A stretch of DNA of 64,000 nt, from the NCBI GenBank assembly GCA_963611795.1, contig CAVDSZ010000009.1, positions 11,602 to 75,601 of the forward strand. The letters are read 5' to 3'. Below, one piece after another: positions 43,435 through 53,337 of the stretch. This stretch comes from Akkermansia muciniphila. GTDB lineage: Bacteria; Bacillota; Clostridia; Oscillospirales; CAG-272. Positions within the stretch are counted from its first letter, which is position 1; the number at the start of each line of letters is the position of its first letter. Below the pieces are notes generated by a model. It saw nothing but the letters and a program-made list of their open reading frames with translations, was not told the DNA's origin and did no database searches. The position numbers and the translations under genes are program-made.

Positions 43435-43493
43435 GACAACCTCCCTAAAAAAGAATCCGCATACGACACAACGTATGCGGATATGTGCTTGTA

Positions 43494-44192
43494 TTAATAC
43501 GGGCGTAAACGAACTTCTTCCTCGGTCAGGAGTCGGTAACCGCCGCTATCCGAGAGAATGATGTGATAGCCAAGCGTGTTTTGTGCTTTCAGATTGATTC
43601 GGTATACATGACTGGCAATATTGCCGATTGTCGGTGAAGTGCCCGGCTTGGTACAATAACGTTGCAACTCTTTTGCCGAAACGGGATGGTATGCCGCGAC
43701 AATCAGATGGCGGAAGATATTGCGCTCAATCGGCGTCATGTGGACGGCGATGCTGTTAAAGGTAGGAGCATCATCAAGCAAGTGGTCACGTGCTGTACCG
43801 AGTTGGAACAGTGCGACATCACGGCGGTGATGTTTGGACAGCGTGAGCAGTAACTCATCAATGAGTTTACCACTCGGCAAACTGCTGTCAATCAAAATGT
43901 CGGCATTCCACAGTGAGGTGGAGTCGTCTTTGAGCGGTTGTTTAAAAGCAATTACGGGGATGTTCGGATTTCGTTTGCGGAACGTATAAACGAAACCATC
44001 AGGCAGACGACTGTCATACGGATTTTCCAAAATCAAACCGTAAACCGTTTCATCAAACTTGACGGTCAACAGTTCGGAATAAGGGAGCGTAATGGTCATG
44101 ATACCGGCGGCATACAACATTCGGCGCGTGCGAAGAAGCACTTCTTCATCGGAATCGGATAGAATTAGCATAATGACCTCCAACACATTCAC
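43494..44192 (-). CDS. Winged-helix (OmpR/PhoB-type) transcriptional regulator with a degenerate receiver-like N-domain
   Basis: The C-terminal MTPIERNIFRHLIV...VSAKEL...IASHVYRINLK...GGYRL resembles Trans_reg_C. The N-terminal half lacks a clear phospho-acceptor context. Confidence 0.55.
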   Translation of the reverse strand: MNVLEVIMLILSDSDEEVLLRTRRMLYAAGIMTITLPYSELLTVKFDETVYGLILENPYDSRLPDGFVYTFRKRNPNIPVIAFKQPLKDDSTSLWNADILIDSSLPSGKLIDELLLTLSKHHRRDVALFQLGTARDHLLDDAPTFNSIAVHMTPIERNIFRHLIVAAYHPVSAKELQRYCTKPGTSPTIGNIASHVYRINLKAQNTLGYHIILSDSGGYRLLTEEEVRLRPY

Positions 44193-44267
44193 TGAAACTT
44201 AACAATTTGTCCATTATTTTAGCACGTTCGAATCAATTTTGCAACTATATTTTCTATAATACTTTGC

Positions 44268-44296
44268 TTGACATGACTAAATCAGCAGATTATAAT
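44268..44296 (+). promoter_or_regulatory. Consensus sigma-A promoter TTGACA-17 nt-TATAAT
   Basis: TTGACA at 44268-44273, a 17-nt spacer, TATAAT at 44291-44296, upstream of the SDR gene. Confidence 0.7.
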
Positions 44297-44331
44297 AAAG
44301 CGAAAAAATCAAAAGCGGAAGGATTGTGAAT

Positions 44332-45048
44332 ATGGCACATATCTTCGTGACCGGAGGTTCCCGCGGTATCGGCTCTGCCATGGTCGAGAGGTTCGCAGAA
44401 CGTGGCGACCGGGTCTCGTTTACTTATCTGAAAAACAATACTGCCGCTGACGCGTTGGCTGAACGAACGGGGGCACAGGCGTTCCGTGCCGACAGTCGTG
44501 ATTCGGAGGCAATCCGTGAGGCTGTAGGCTTGGCGCGCGCCAAGAGCGGTCCGGTGGATGTCCTGGTGAATAATGCGGGTATTTCGTCTTTCCGCCTGTT
44601 TGATGAGATAACGACAGAAGAATGGCGCGAGATGTTCAGCGTTCATGTTGAGGGAGCATTTCATTTTATCCAGAGCGTTTTGCCGGACATGATTCACCGC
44701 AAAGCGGGGAAAATCATTAATATTTCTTCCATTTGGGGGATTACCGGCGCCTCTTGTGAAGTGCACTATTCAGCGGCAAAAGCGGCGCTCATCGGAATGA
44801 CGCGCGCTCTCGCAAAAGAGCTCGGACCGTCCGGTATTACGGTGAATTGCGTTGCGCCCGGCGTCGTTGATACGGAAATGAACCGTGCGTTGTCACAGGA
44901 GGACTATCGGGCGCTTTGCGATGAGACACCACTCGGGCGCATTGCCACGCCGGGGGAAATCGCGGAGTCTGTCCTTTTCCTCGCGTCCTCTGCGGCAGAT
45001 TTTATTACCGGTCAGGTGCTCAGTCCGAACGGCGGTATCTGCATTTGA
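44332..45048 (+). CDS. SDR-family oxidoreductase (FabG-like)
   Basis: VTGGSRGIGSA (TGxxxGxG), NNAG and YSAAKAA (YxxxK) motifs. The start was moved to ATG 44332. Confidence 0.85.
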   Translation: MAHIFVTGGSRGIGSAMVERFAERGDRVSFTYLKNNTAADALAERTGAQAFRADSRDSEAIREAVGLARAKSGPVDVLVNNAGISSFRLFDEITTEEWREMFSVHVEGAFHFIQSVLPDMIHRKAGKIINISSIWGITGASCEVHYSAAKAALIGMTRALAKELGPSGITVNCVAPGVVDTEMNRALSQEDYRALCDETPLGRIATPGEIAESVLFLASSAADFITGQVLSPNGGICI

Positions 45049-45109
45049 CGGCGCAAGCGTTTACCCTATCAGAGATATGTTCTGAAAGACAAAAAACGGA
45101 GAGAGAAAG

Positions 45110-45412
45110 ATGTATATTCCAAAACCGATCGATACGAGTTATATCGAGTTGCCGGAAGATTTGCTTGCACTGACGGAAAAAATCGCGGAAAATGTCCACG
45201 AAGTATGGTCGCAGAGTCGAATTGCGGAGGGGTGGACCTACGGCGAGCACCGTGACGACGCCCAAAAGCAGACTCCGTGTCTTGTCCCATACGCCGAATT
45301 GCTGGAGGAAGAGCGCGAATATGACCGAAAAACGGCACTGAACACGCTGCGGCTTGTCATTGCGCTTGGTTACACGATTCAAAAAGAAACGGATTGCACG
45401 GAAGAAAAATAA
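45110..45412 (+). CDS. RyR (ryanodine-receptor-like) domain protein
   Basis: LTEKIAENVHEVWSQSRIAEGWTYGEHRDDAQKQTPCLVPYAELLEEEREYDRKTALNTL matches the bacterial RyR domain pattern. Confidence 0.7.
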   Translation: MYIPKPIDTSYIELPEDLLALTEKIAENVHEVWSQSRIAEGWTYGEHRDDAQKQTPCLVPYAELLEEEREYDRKTALNTLRLVIALGYTIQKETDCTEEK

Positions 45413-45470
45413 CGGATAGGGCACGAAAGTCGGCATAAGCGCGCGTTTTCGTGTCAGAGAGGACCACCGG

Positions 45471-46067
45471 ATGTTTTTATCGGAAACAGAGCCGTCGTTA
45501 CTCACGGACGGGCAGATCAATCGACTGCTGTTTGACATAGATCCAGAATGTGTACGTAAGTGCGATATCGCGATTCTGCAGGGGACCGCACCAAAGTATG
45601 CAATGCAACGGGCAGAGATTGCCGCGTCGTTCTATTTTTTGGGCGGAGCAAAGAAAATAATCGTAACAGGCGCCGCCGTGACGGATCCGACGGTGACCGA
45701 GTGTGAGGCCATGCGGAGGGAACTGGTAGCAAAAGGTGTATCGCAGACGGCAATCGTGGATGAACCCCATGCAACGACAACGGTAGAGAATATGGTTTAT
45801 TCTCTCGGCGTGATGAGTACTCTTTGCGATGTGACGCACATTCACCGCGTGACGATTATCACAGAACCTTTTCATATCCGTCGGAGCCTTGTCTTGGCGA
45901 AAGTGCTTTTGCTCCGATATATGGAAGTGTTCGGGTTCACGGGATCACTGCGTGATCAGCGTGACGCATGGAAAAACAACGAGCGCCTTTATCGCAGTGT
46001 GAAGAACGAAATATCGGTGCTTCGCGGATTGATTTGCGACGGTGTGATATCGGATATAGCACTGTAA
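45471..46067 (+). CDS. YdcF/DUF218-family protein
   Basis: DIAILQG...RAEIAASFYFLGGAKKIIVTGA...TECEAMRRELVAKGV...ATTTVEN fits DUF218. Confidence 0.65.
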   Translation: MFLSETEPSLLTDGQINRLLFDIDPECVRKCDIAILQGTAPKYAMQRAEIAASFYFLGGAKKIIVTGAAVTDPTVTECEAMRRELVAKGVSQTAIVDEPHATTTVENMVYSLGVMSTLCDVTHIHRVTIITEPFHIRRSLVLAKVLLLRYMEVFGFTGSLRDQRDAWKNNERLYRSVKNEISVLRGLICDGVISDIAL

Positions 46068-46187
46068 AGTCTATAGTGCTCTCTTCGACAAAAACAGAAT
46101 TGACGGATTGCACCGAATGTGTTATAATGTATAGCGCAAACGCGGGATATGCCGTACAGTTTCCCGTTATCGGAAAGGATTGATTTT

Positions 46188-46643
46188 ATGAAGAGAATTT
46201 TGGCTTTTTCGTTGGCAGCATTCATGCTCGCGTCGCTTTTGCTCTTGACGGGGTGCAAAAAGGACGTTGTCATTGATTACGATCAATTCCGTCAAACCGT
46301 TAAATCGACGAGTGTCAGCCGGGCTTCTTTCGTCAATGAGAAAGAATGCGGCAAAAATTATATTTTGGTGTTTGTATCCGTCGAGAATGAAATGAAAGAC
46401 GCGGTCATTGTACGAAAGGGAGACTACACGCTTATCGTCAACGGTGAAGAAATCGCGTCCGAAGGGTATGTGACGAAGGTAGATCTTCAGTCGGGTACCA
46501 TGGGGAGCAATCGGCTCTACACGTCGGACTACGAAACCGTACCGAAAAAAGATACGCGCACACTGGGGATTCTGTTCTTCTGCGATGCGGAAGAAAACGT
46601 TGATTATACGTTGCGGTTCCACGACAGAGAAATTTCTCGCTGA
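46188..46643 (+). CDS. Lipoprotein (DUF4352-like)
   Basis: The start was moved to ATG 46188. The signal peptide carries the lipobox LLLTGC. Confidence 0.65.
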   Translation: MKRILAFSLAAFMLASLLLLTGCKKDVVIDYDQFRQTVKSTSVSRASFVNEKECGKNYILVFVSVENEMKDAVIVRKGDYTLIVNGEEIASEGYVTKVDLQSGTMGSNRLYTSDYETVPKKDTRTLGILFFCDAEENVDYTLRFHDREISR

Positions 46644-46656
46644 AACCGAATATTCC

Positions 46657-46682
46657 GGGCGGGCTTGATACCCGCCCTTTTT
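46657..46682 (+). terminator. Rho-independent terminator
   Basis: GGGCGGG (46657-46663), a 7-nt loop, CCCGCCC (46671-46677), then TTTTT. Confidence 0.85.
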
Positions 46683-46808
46683 ATGTCGAACGCCGGGTTG
46701 CGTGTTGCAATCACGACGCATTCATGGTAAAATAAAGCACATAACGATTACGGTGTTCGGTCGCTTTGCCGACACCGTGCGTGAAACCGAAGTCCGAGGA
46801 GGCGTTTT

Positions 46809-49163
46809 ATGGCACTTCTGACACTCGAAAATATAGGGAAGATATATGTATCGGAGGGCGCCGTCTCCGTCGGGATACGCGGCGTGAATCTCTCGTTTGA
46901 TGCCGGCGAATTCGTTGCGGTCACAGGGAAGTCGGGGAGCGGTAAAACGACACTGCTCAATACCATTAGCGGTATGGATTCCTATGAGGAGGGTGAACTG
47001 TATATCGACGGTCAGCCTACCTCACATTATACCCAAGCGGACTGGGAAGCGTACCGTGAAAAATACATATCGTTTATTTTCCAGGATTACAACATTATCG
47101 ACAGTTTTACCGTTTTGCAGAATGTGGAACTCGCCCTAATGTATATCCCCTCGCGACACGAACGTCGGCGGCGCGCTCTTGCCCTCATCGACCGTGTCGG
47201 CATGACGCCGTTCCGCCACCACCGCGGCTCGAAGCTTTCCGGCGGACAGAAGCAAAGAACGGTGATTGCCAGAGCGCTTGCGAAGGATAGTCCGATTATT
47301 CTTGCAGACGAGCCGACCGGGAACCTTGACAGCGAGTCGGCGAAAGAGGTAATCGCGCTCTTAAAAGAGGTGTCTGCCGATAAGCTTGTGATTGTCGTTA
47401 CGCACAACTTTGATCAGTTAGCCGAGTGTGCGACGCGCGAGATTCGTGTTTTCGACGGGCAAATCGAACGCGATGAGCGAATCCGTGAAACGACCCCTGT
47501 CACCCCGCGCCGCACGGAGGCAAAGCCGGCGACAAAGGGAGATACGCTCCGTCGCGGTATTGTTCTCGGTTGGCATCGTTTTCGTGCAACGCCACGCCTA
47601 ACTACGTTTATCTGTTTTGTGATGCTCCTTGCACTGCTCGGTACTTTTGCGCTGACATCTTACCTGATAGCGGGAACAGATTCGGATACGGAACGACCGC
47701 TGTTTGGATATGTGCCGGGACGTCTGGTTCTTTCACACCGTGACGGAGGCGCTTTTTCAGACGAGGAACTCGCGGCGCTTGCAAAAGTGACGAAGGCAGA
47801 ACGTACCATGCGATACGATTATCTGCTCGATCAAGAAGGAACGCTTTACATGACGATTCCCAATACGTCGAGTTCCTTGGAACTTGAGTATCGTTTTTCT
47901 TGCGATTTCGGAGAGATTACCTCGCACCCGAATGCATTCACGCCCGACGCAGGGACTATGCCGACGGCGAAAGACGAAGCCTTTCTGTATCTCCCGATTT
48001 CCTGGGAACAGATATACGGGCGTGGAACGTTGCAATCGGACACTATCACGGTGTTGAGCGGCTCCAAGACGTTAAAAGTCGCAGGAGTGAAGTATTACTA
48101 CAATAACAGAAAAACAGCTGTGGTATATATGACGACCGAGGCGTTTGAAAACTTCAGCGCGGAACAGGTTCTGAACGCCGGTGGAGACGACCAATATGAA
48201 GTCACGTTGTCGTATCCGTTGGAGCGAGACGAGACAGAAGACGAAAAGCAGGCGCTTACGGTTGTGGATAACAACTCATTCGGTGCCATTCGGTGCGATG
48301 AAAGTCTTGCTATCGGTACGGTTGCGGTTGCAATGTACGGTTTTGAGCAGTTTGCCGAAAATGTGCCGGGCATGGTCGAACTGCGCGTGAATCTTTTGAA
48401 AAACGCGTATCTTTATGATAGCGATACATCACTGATTTACAGGAACGCCGCGACGGCGGTTGATATCGCCAGATCGCGGGAACTGTCCGAAAGCCTGAAT
48501 ACAAATTGGTATGGTATAAATGTCCTCTATGTCAGTGCGGATATTTGGAAAGACATTTTTGCCGCAGCTGCTGCAAATTACGGGCAGGCAAGCCTGTTTT
48601 TCTCAAGCGATCGTGCCGCCGGCAATGCCGCAAAGATGCTGGCGGATCTCACTGCTGACGCGACAACAGAGCTGACGGAGGAAGAGAAAGGCACCTTGGA
48701 AAGCGGCTATTTTGCCGTTCGGAGTGATGCATACTATACGGACGCGAATCTTGTCATCAGTACATTCTTTACCCGGGTGTTTAAATATGTCGCATGGCTT
48801 CTTCTGATTCTGTTCCTGAGTCTTTTCCTGACGCTGTGTTATACACGTGGGGTGAATGCGCTGCGGGGAGATCTCGGGATTTTGCGCTCCATGGGAATTT
48901 CCGCAGGCGTGATTCGGGTATCTTCGTATGCACAAACATTTTACGCAATGACGCCGGCTGTCATTGCACTTGGCATGACCGCTTTTGTCCTTTATCGCCT
49001 ACCGAAAACCAACGCGATTTTCCCGTTCCTCGGCGCGGGGCACTACCTCCTGATTCTGCTGGGCGCTGTGATCCTTTGCTTACGCGTCTCCGGGCGGTAT
49101 AACCGAAAGATCTTTTCGCAGAGTGTGCGAAAAACACTGAGAGGAGGTGCCGCAAATGATTGA
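46809..49163 (+). CDS. Fused ABC transporter ATP-binding / FtsX-like permease protein
   Basis: N-terminal GKSGSGKTTLLN (Walker A), LSGGQKQR (signature) and [11 protein letters not shown] (Walker B). These are followed by a TM, a large extracytoplasmic region and C-terminal FtsX-type TMs. Confidence 0.85.
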   Translation: MALLTLENIGKIYVSEGAVSVGIRGVNLSFDAGEFVAVTGKSGSGKTTLLNTISGMDSYEEGELYIDGQPTSHYTQADWEAYREKYISFIFQDYNIIDSFTVLQNVELALMYIPSRHERRRRALALIDRVGMTPFRHHRGSKLSGGQKQRTVIARALAKDSPIILADEPTGNLDSESAKEVIALLKEVSADKLVIVVTHNFDQLAECATREIRVFDGQIERDERIRETTPVTPRRTEAKPATKGDTLRRGIVLGWHRFRATPRLTTFICFVMLLALLGTFALTSYLIAGTDSDTERPLFGYVPGRLVLSHRDGGAFSDEELAALAKVTKAERTMRYDYLLDQEGTLYMTIPNTSSSLELEYRFSCDFGEITSHPNAFTPDAGTMPTAKDEAFLYLPISWEQIYGRGTLQSDTITVLSGSKTLKVAGVKYYYNNRKTAVVYMTTEAFENFSAEQVLNAGGDDQYEVTLSYPLERDETEDEKQALTVVDNNSFGAIRCDESLAIGTVAVAMYGFEQFAENVPGMVELRVNLLKNAYLYDSDTSLIYRNAATAVDIARSRELSESLNTNWYGINVLYVSADIWKDIFAAAAANYGQASLFFSSDRAAGNAAKMLADLTADATTELTEEEKGTLESGYFAVRSDAYYTDANLVISTFFTRVFKYVAWLLLILFLSLFLTLCYTRGVNALRGDLGILRSMGISAGVIRVSSYAQTFYAMTPAVIALGMTAFVLYRLPKTNAIFPFLGAGHYLLILLGAVILCLRVSGRYNRKIFSQSVRKTLRGGAAND

Positions 49164-51726
49164 AGTACGTCATCTCGATAAGTATTACGCGAAAGGTTCT
49201 CAAAAAGAGGTCCATGCCGTTCGCGATACGACCCTACAACTCCCCGATACGGGCATTGTTGCACTTTTCGGTGCTTCCGGGTGTGGGAAGACGACCCTTT
49301 TGAATATCATCGGCGGTTTGGATACGGCAGACAGCGGGGAAGTCTTGCTTGACGGCGCTCGTGTCACTCCGAAAGCCACGGAAACGCGCAATCGTCGTAT
49401 CGGTTACATTTTTCAGAACTACCATCTGATTGCCGATGAGACGGTTTATGAAAATGTGGCACTTTCCCTGCGCTTATGCGGAGTTTCGGACACCGCGGAG
49501 ATTGAGGCGCGCACCATGGCAGCGCTGGAAGCCGTGGATATGGCAATGTACCGTCGGCGTTTACCGGGTACGCTCTCGGGCGGACAGCAGCAGCGCGTCG
49601 CCATTGCCCGCGCACTTGTCAAGGATCCGCAGCTGATACTTGCCGATGAACCGACGGGAAATCTGGATGAACAGAATACCGTCATGGTAATGGAACTTCT
49701 GCGTCAGGTGGCGCGGAATCATCTCATCCTGCTTGTCACGCACGAACACGATTTACTTCCGTATTACTGCGATAAAATCATAGAAATCTCGGACGGTACC
49801 GTTATTTCGGAGAGAGAAAACGATACGGGTGACGGGTATCGCTCACAGAATAAATCCGATATTTTTCTCGGAGATCTTCCGCACACATCCGGGGCGGTCG
49901 GTACGACTTTTGTCGAGTTTTTCGGAGACAATGACGCGGCGCCGCAGTCGTTGCGTCTGATTTCGCACGGCGGCACGCTGTATATCGCCGCTCCCTCCGG
50001 TGTTCGGCTTCGCGTGTTGGATTCTTCGGCAGAAATACGGGTATATGAGGGATCTTTTCACCCGGAGGAGCATAAGCCGCAAAAACCGCTTCCTCCGGTA
50101 TTGCTGACGGCGCCGACCGACAGAGGCAGAAAATGCGGTCGAATGTATGGCTTCCGAAACGCGATTGCGTCCGGGTTCCGTTCTCATTTCGGACGGGTCA
50201 AACGAGGGAAGAAGGTACTCATCACGGGGCTGTTTATTTTCGCCCTCACGTTCGTTATGATGATTTCCTATTTCGGTACCGATATTCGCACTTTACAGGA
50301 AGTCAGGTATCAGTATAATACCGATATGGTGTATGTGCCCGTCGGGGCACTCGCGCCGGAGAGTCTTTCCGAAATGCGCTCGCGCGGGTTAATAGACAGT
50401 GTGACTTTCGGGGCGATTCGGGAGTATGACGGGAGTTACTATGTAGGTGCGACTTCCTATCAGAGTGCATGGCGTTTGGATTTGGGTGTTTTGGGGGCTT
50501 CCGCAACGGTGACCCAGGGTCAGGAGGCGCAACTGCTGGATGTTGCTGCCTTGACCGAGAGAAAGATAACATCGACTTCTCCCCGGGGGAAATACACGGA
50601 TTTTTCGGAAGGAGAAGTGGTGATTTCCACCGGATTTGCCGACGCATTGCTGAAGGCGTCCGGGATGAGCTTTTTGCGTACCTATGATGATCTTATGTAT
50701 CATCAACTGACGAAACTCGGCGACTATGCTTATACATACAATGACAGTATTGAGAGTTACGGCAGAGATATCAGCAGTAGAATCACTGCCGCACAAAAAG
50801 CATCTTTGACAATTGTCGGGATAGCCGAGGATCGGAACCCGTGCCTTTATGTCACGCCGCCGTTTCTTTCCGCGAATTTTACGGGGCCTGCCAAACTTGA
50901 CGTGTCCTATCTGCCCAATGACACGTGGGAGGCACTCGGCATTGATCCACCGCAACCGGGAACGGTATATGCGCGATATAAAGAGTCTGCATCCGCTTCC
51001 GGGGCTAAGACAATCCTGACACAAACCTATCGGGTCGATGATACGACTCTCCCGGCGCTGGATAGCAGCGAATTGACCGAACAGCAACAGACGGTGCTCG
51101 ACAGCCTGACCGGTCAATACTACATGGCAGCTGAGGATTATATTACGCTCCCCGACTATGCCTCTTATGCTTTCGCGTCCGCGGTCAATCCGACGTTTAC
51201 CCATTTTGCGCTGCATTCCCCAAATGTCCATGCGCTCCTTGGCTATATGGAAGAGAAACAAATTGACAGCGGTGTGTTTACACCCCATGATTTGTATTTG
51301 ATTGCGCGCGGCCAATATATTGGCGAATTGATTGCTACATTAATCACCGCCGTGGTATATCTTTTGCTCATGGTGCTTTGCCTGTTCCTCATTATGCGGA
51401 GCGGACTCATGGCATCCGTCCGCCAAATCGGCATCTTGCGGGCGATTGGTGTCAGCAGAGGGAATCTGCTGTTCCGGTTCTTTACAGAATCACTTGTTGT
51501 CTTTACGTTGACGGTGCTGCCTGGGTATCTGATTGCTTCCGGCTCGCTCGCGTGGATGACAGGGAAGGCTACCGCTATTATGTCGATGATTTTCTACTAT
51601 CCGTTTTGGCTTGCCGCCATAACACTCCTTTTCCTGCTCGGTGTCACGGTGGTATGCGGTGTGCTCCCGATTCTTTCGCTGACACGTAAGACGCCGGCAG
51701 CGATTATCGCAAAGTATGATATTTAA
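49156..51726 (+). CDS. Fused ABC transporter ATP-binding / FtsX-like permease protein (second paralog)
   Basis: The start was moved to ATG 49156 after a [30 protein letters not shown] and [12 protein letters not shown] are present, with a C-terminal FtsX-like membrane domain. Confidence 0.85.
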   Translation: MIEVRHLDKYYAKGSQKEVHAVRDTTLQLPDTGIVALFGASGCGKTTLLNIIGGLDTADSGEVLLDGARVTPKATETRNRRIGYIFQNYHLIADETVYENVALSLRLCGVSDTAEIEARTMAALEAVDMAMYRRRLPGTLSGGQQQRVAIARALVKDPQLILADEPTGNLDEQNTVMVMELLRQVARNHLILLVTHEHDLLPYYCDKIIEISDGTVISERENDTGDGYRSQNKSDIFLGDLPHTSGAVGTTFVEFFGDNDAAPQSLRLISHGGTLYIAAPSGVRLRVLDSSAEIRVYEGSFHPEEHKPQKPLPPVLLTAPTDRGRKCGRMYGFRNAIASGFRSHFGRVKRGKKVLITGLFIFALTFVMMISYFGTDIRTLQEVRYQYNTDMVYVPVGALAPESLSEMRSRGLIDSVTFGAIREYDGSYYVGATSYQSAWRLDLGVLGASATVTQGQEAQLLDVAALTERKITSTSPRGKYTDFSEGEVVISTGFADALLKASGMSFLRTYDDLMYHQLTKLGDYAYTYNDSIESYGRDISSRITAAQKASLTIVGIAEDRNPCLYVTPPFLSANFTGPAKLDVSYLPNDTWEALGIDPPQPGTVYARYKESASASGAKTILTQTYRVDDTTLPALDSSELTEQQQTVLDSLTGQYYMAAEDYITLPDYASYAFASAVNPTFTHFALHSPNVHALLGYMEEKQIDSGVFTPHDLYLIARGQYIGELIATLITAVVYLLLMVLCLFLIMRSGLMASVRQIGILRAIGVSRGNLLFRFFTESLVVFTLTVLPGYLIASGSLAWMTGKATAIMSMIFYYPFWLAAITLLFLLGVTVVCGVLPILSLTRKTPAAIIAKYDI

Positions 51727-51765
51727 GAACAGAATTGCAGACAATCGGCACAATTAAATAAAGAG

Positions 51766-51790
51766 AGCCGCGCCCGATTCGGGCGCGGCT
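51766..51790. terminator. Bidirectional hairpin terminator between convergent genes
   Basis: AGCCGCGCCCG (51766-51776), loop ATT, CGGGCGCGGCT (51780-51790): a perfect 11-bp stem. Confidence 0.75.
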
Positions 51791-51811
51791 TTCAAATCGT
51801 AACGGGATAAT

Positions 51812-52036
51812 TCACAAATCGTTGTCCACGAGCGCTTCTGTCAAATGGCAGGAAGAGCGCAGTCGCAGGGGGCGTCGCTTGGTGAGATCATAGACATAGG
51901 CGGAGCAAGAGGTGCGCCCGGCGATGCATTTTTGATGTTTCTCGCAGAAGACTCGGTCGCCCTCCGAGATACGGGCACATTCGCAAAATGAGCAGGACGC
52001 GAGTGGGTCGCGGTCTGCCGGATTGGTTTTTCTCAC
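51812..52036 (-). CDS. Small Cys-rich hypothetical protein (74 aa)
   Basis: ORF 51812..52081. The start was moved to GTG at 52036, which lies 7 nt after an AAGGAGGG RBS. CSFCEC...FCEKHQKC...C spacing suggests metal binding. Confidence 0.5.
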   Translation of the reverse strand: MRKTNPADRDPLASCSFCECARISEGDRVFCEKHQKCIAGRTSCSAYVYDLTKRRPLRLRSSCHLTEALVDNDL

Positions 52037-52084
52037 GTTTCTGCCCTCCTTTTTCCTACATTGTAGCACGGTGTTTTGCATTCG

Positions 52085-52978
52085 TCAAGTGGCAATGTGC
52101 AAGAATAGTGCCGTCAGCGCTGCGCCGATAACACCGCCCACCGCCTTGCAAACCATGGCGGGAAAGATACGTATGTTTTCCTCGGATGCAAAAGATGCGG
52201 TTTGGAGCTGCACCGAAAGCCCTGAACAAATGACTGCGAATGCGGTGAGGGGTAAGCTCCCGGGAAAAGCGGCGAGTGTGTGGCAAGCCGTTCCCACTTC
52301 GAGCATGGCGGCGATGAGCGGAAAGAGCCGTGCTGAGCAGAAAGTATGTATCACCGACAGAAGCCCGGAGAAAAATGCGATATAAGCAGTTACGGTCAGA
52401 GCGGCACCGACGGCGCTGTGCATTGCGTCGGTAAAACGTGGGAACGGTGTCGCCGGTCTGCACACGGTGGTGTACGTTTTTTCTTTACGATGCCGTGCGG
52501 ATAAAACAATACCGGTGATCAGCGCAACCAGCGTCTGTACGCAGAATAAAAGAATGCCGTCTCGGATATGACCGCGCATGGAGCCGCCGACACCGGCAAC
52601 GAGAAATGCGAGCCCGGTATTGTTGCAAAAGCAGAGCATACGTTCTGCGTCGCGGCGTGACCAAAGCCCCTGCTTGGCACCGTCGCAGGCGACCTTGGCG
52701 CCGAGCGGAAAGCCGCAAAGCAACCCGACAATCAACGGAACGGTCGCCTGCGGCAATTTTAAGCGTCCACTGCCGTTCGGCGACATGGCAGATAGAAGAT
52801 AGGGAGAGAGCAGGGCAAACGGAAACAGTGCGGGGAGCACGGCGTGGGAGGAAAGCGAGAGCCCTGCCAGAATTCCTTCGCTGAGCGCCGCGTTCTTCCA
52901 TAGAAGAAGAATGATCAGCGCTATCAGCGGTGGCAAAATCATATAGCGTTGCCTTGGCTTTTCTGTGCTTGCGGTCAT
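52085..52978 (-). CDS. Polytopic membrane protein, YlbJ-like (nucleoside-recognition/Gate domain, sporulation-associated)
   Basis: The start was moved to ATG at 52978 after an AAAGGAG RBS. There are multiple TMs. The similarity to YlbJ is by eye and weak. Confidence 0.45.
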   Translation of the reverse strand: MTASTEKPRQRYMILPPLIALIILLLWKNAALSEGILAGLSLSSHAVLPALFPFALLSPYLLSAMSPNGSGRLKLPQATVPLIVGLLCGFPLGAKVACDGAKQGLWSRRDAERMLCFCNNTGLAFLVAGVGGSMRGHIRDGILLFCVQTLVALITGIVLSARHRKEKTYTTVCRPATPFPRFTDAMHSAVGAALTVTAYIAFFSGLLSVIHTFCSARLFPLIAAMLEVGTACHTLAAFPGSLPLTAFAVICSGLSVQLQTASFASEENIRIFPAMVCKAVGGVIGAALTALFLHIAT

Positions 52979-53040
52979 AGAGTCAGCGGCTCCTTTCATA
53001 AAATAGGACAGTTCAATATACCGGAAGGGGACTTGCACTT

Positions 53041-53337
53041 ATGCACAAAAAAACAAAAAAAGCGAAGGCAGAATGCCCGCCGCCACTTCAACTGTCCCCC
53101 GGAACCTTTCGTGTGGAAGTGCGTCCCGCGGGTGGGGGTAGAAAGCGGGTGCTGATATGCGCCTGTGACGAGATCTGCGCGTATAGCCGTGAAGAAGTTT
53201 GTTTTCGGCATAGTCACGAGGTCGTGTCGGTTACAGGTGAGGGGCTATGGTGTCGCACCTACGCCTACCGTACGGCAGAGGTCATTGGCAATGTTAGCGG
53301 CATTGCTTTTGGCGGAGAGAGAGCGGGGGAGCCATGA
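53041..53337 (+). CDS. yqfC: Sporulation protein YqfC-like
   Basis: A small ORF immediately upstream of, and overlapping, yqfD. The ...AYSREEVCFRHSHEVVSVTGEGLWCRTYAYRTAEVIGNVSGIAF layout parallels YqfC. The start is uncertain. Confidence 0.5.
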   Translation: MHKKTKKAKAECPPPLQLSPGTFRVEVRPAGGGRKRVLICACDEICAYSREEVCFRHSHEVVSVTGEGLWCRTYAYRTAEVIGNVSGIAFGGERAGEP

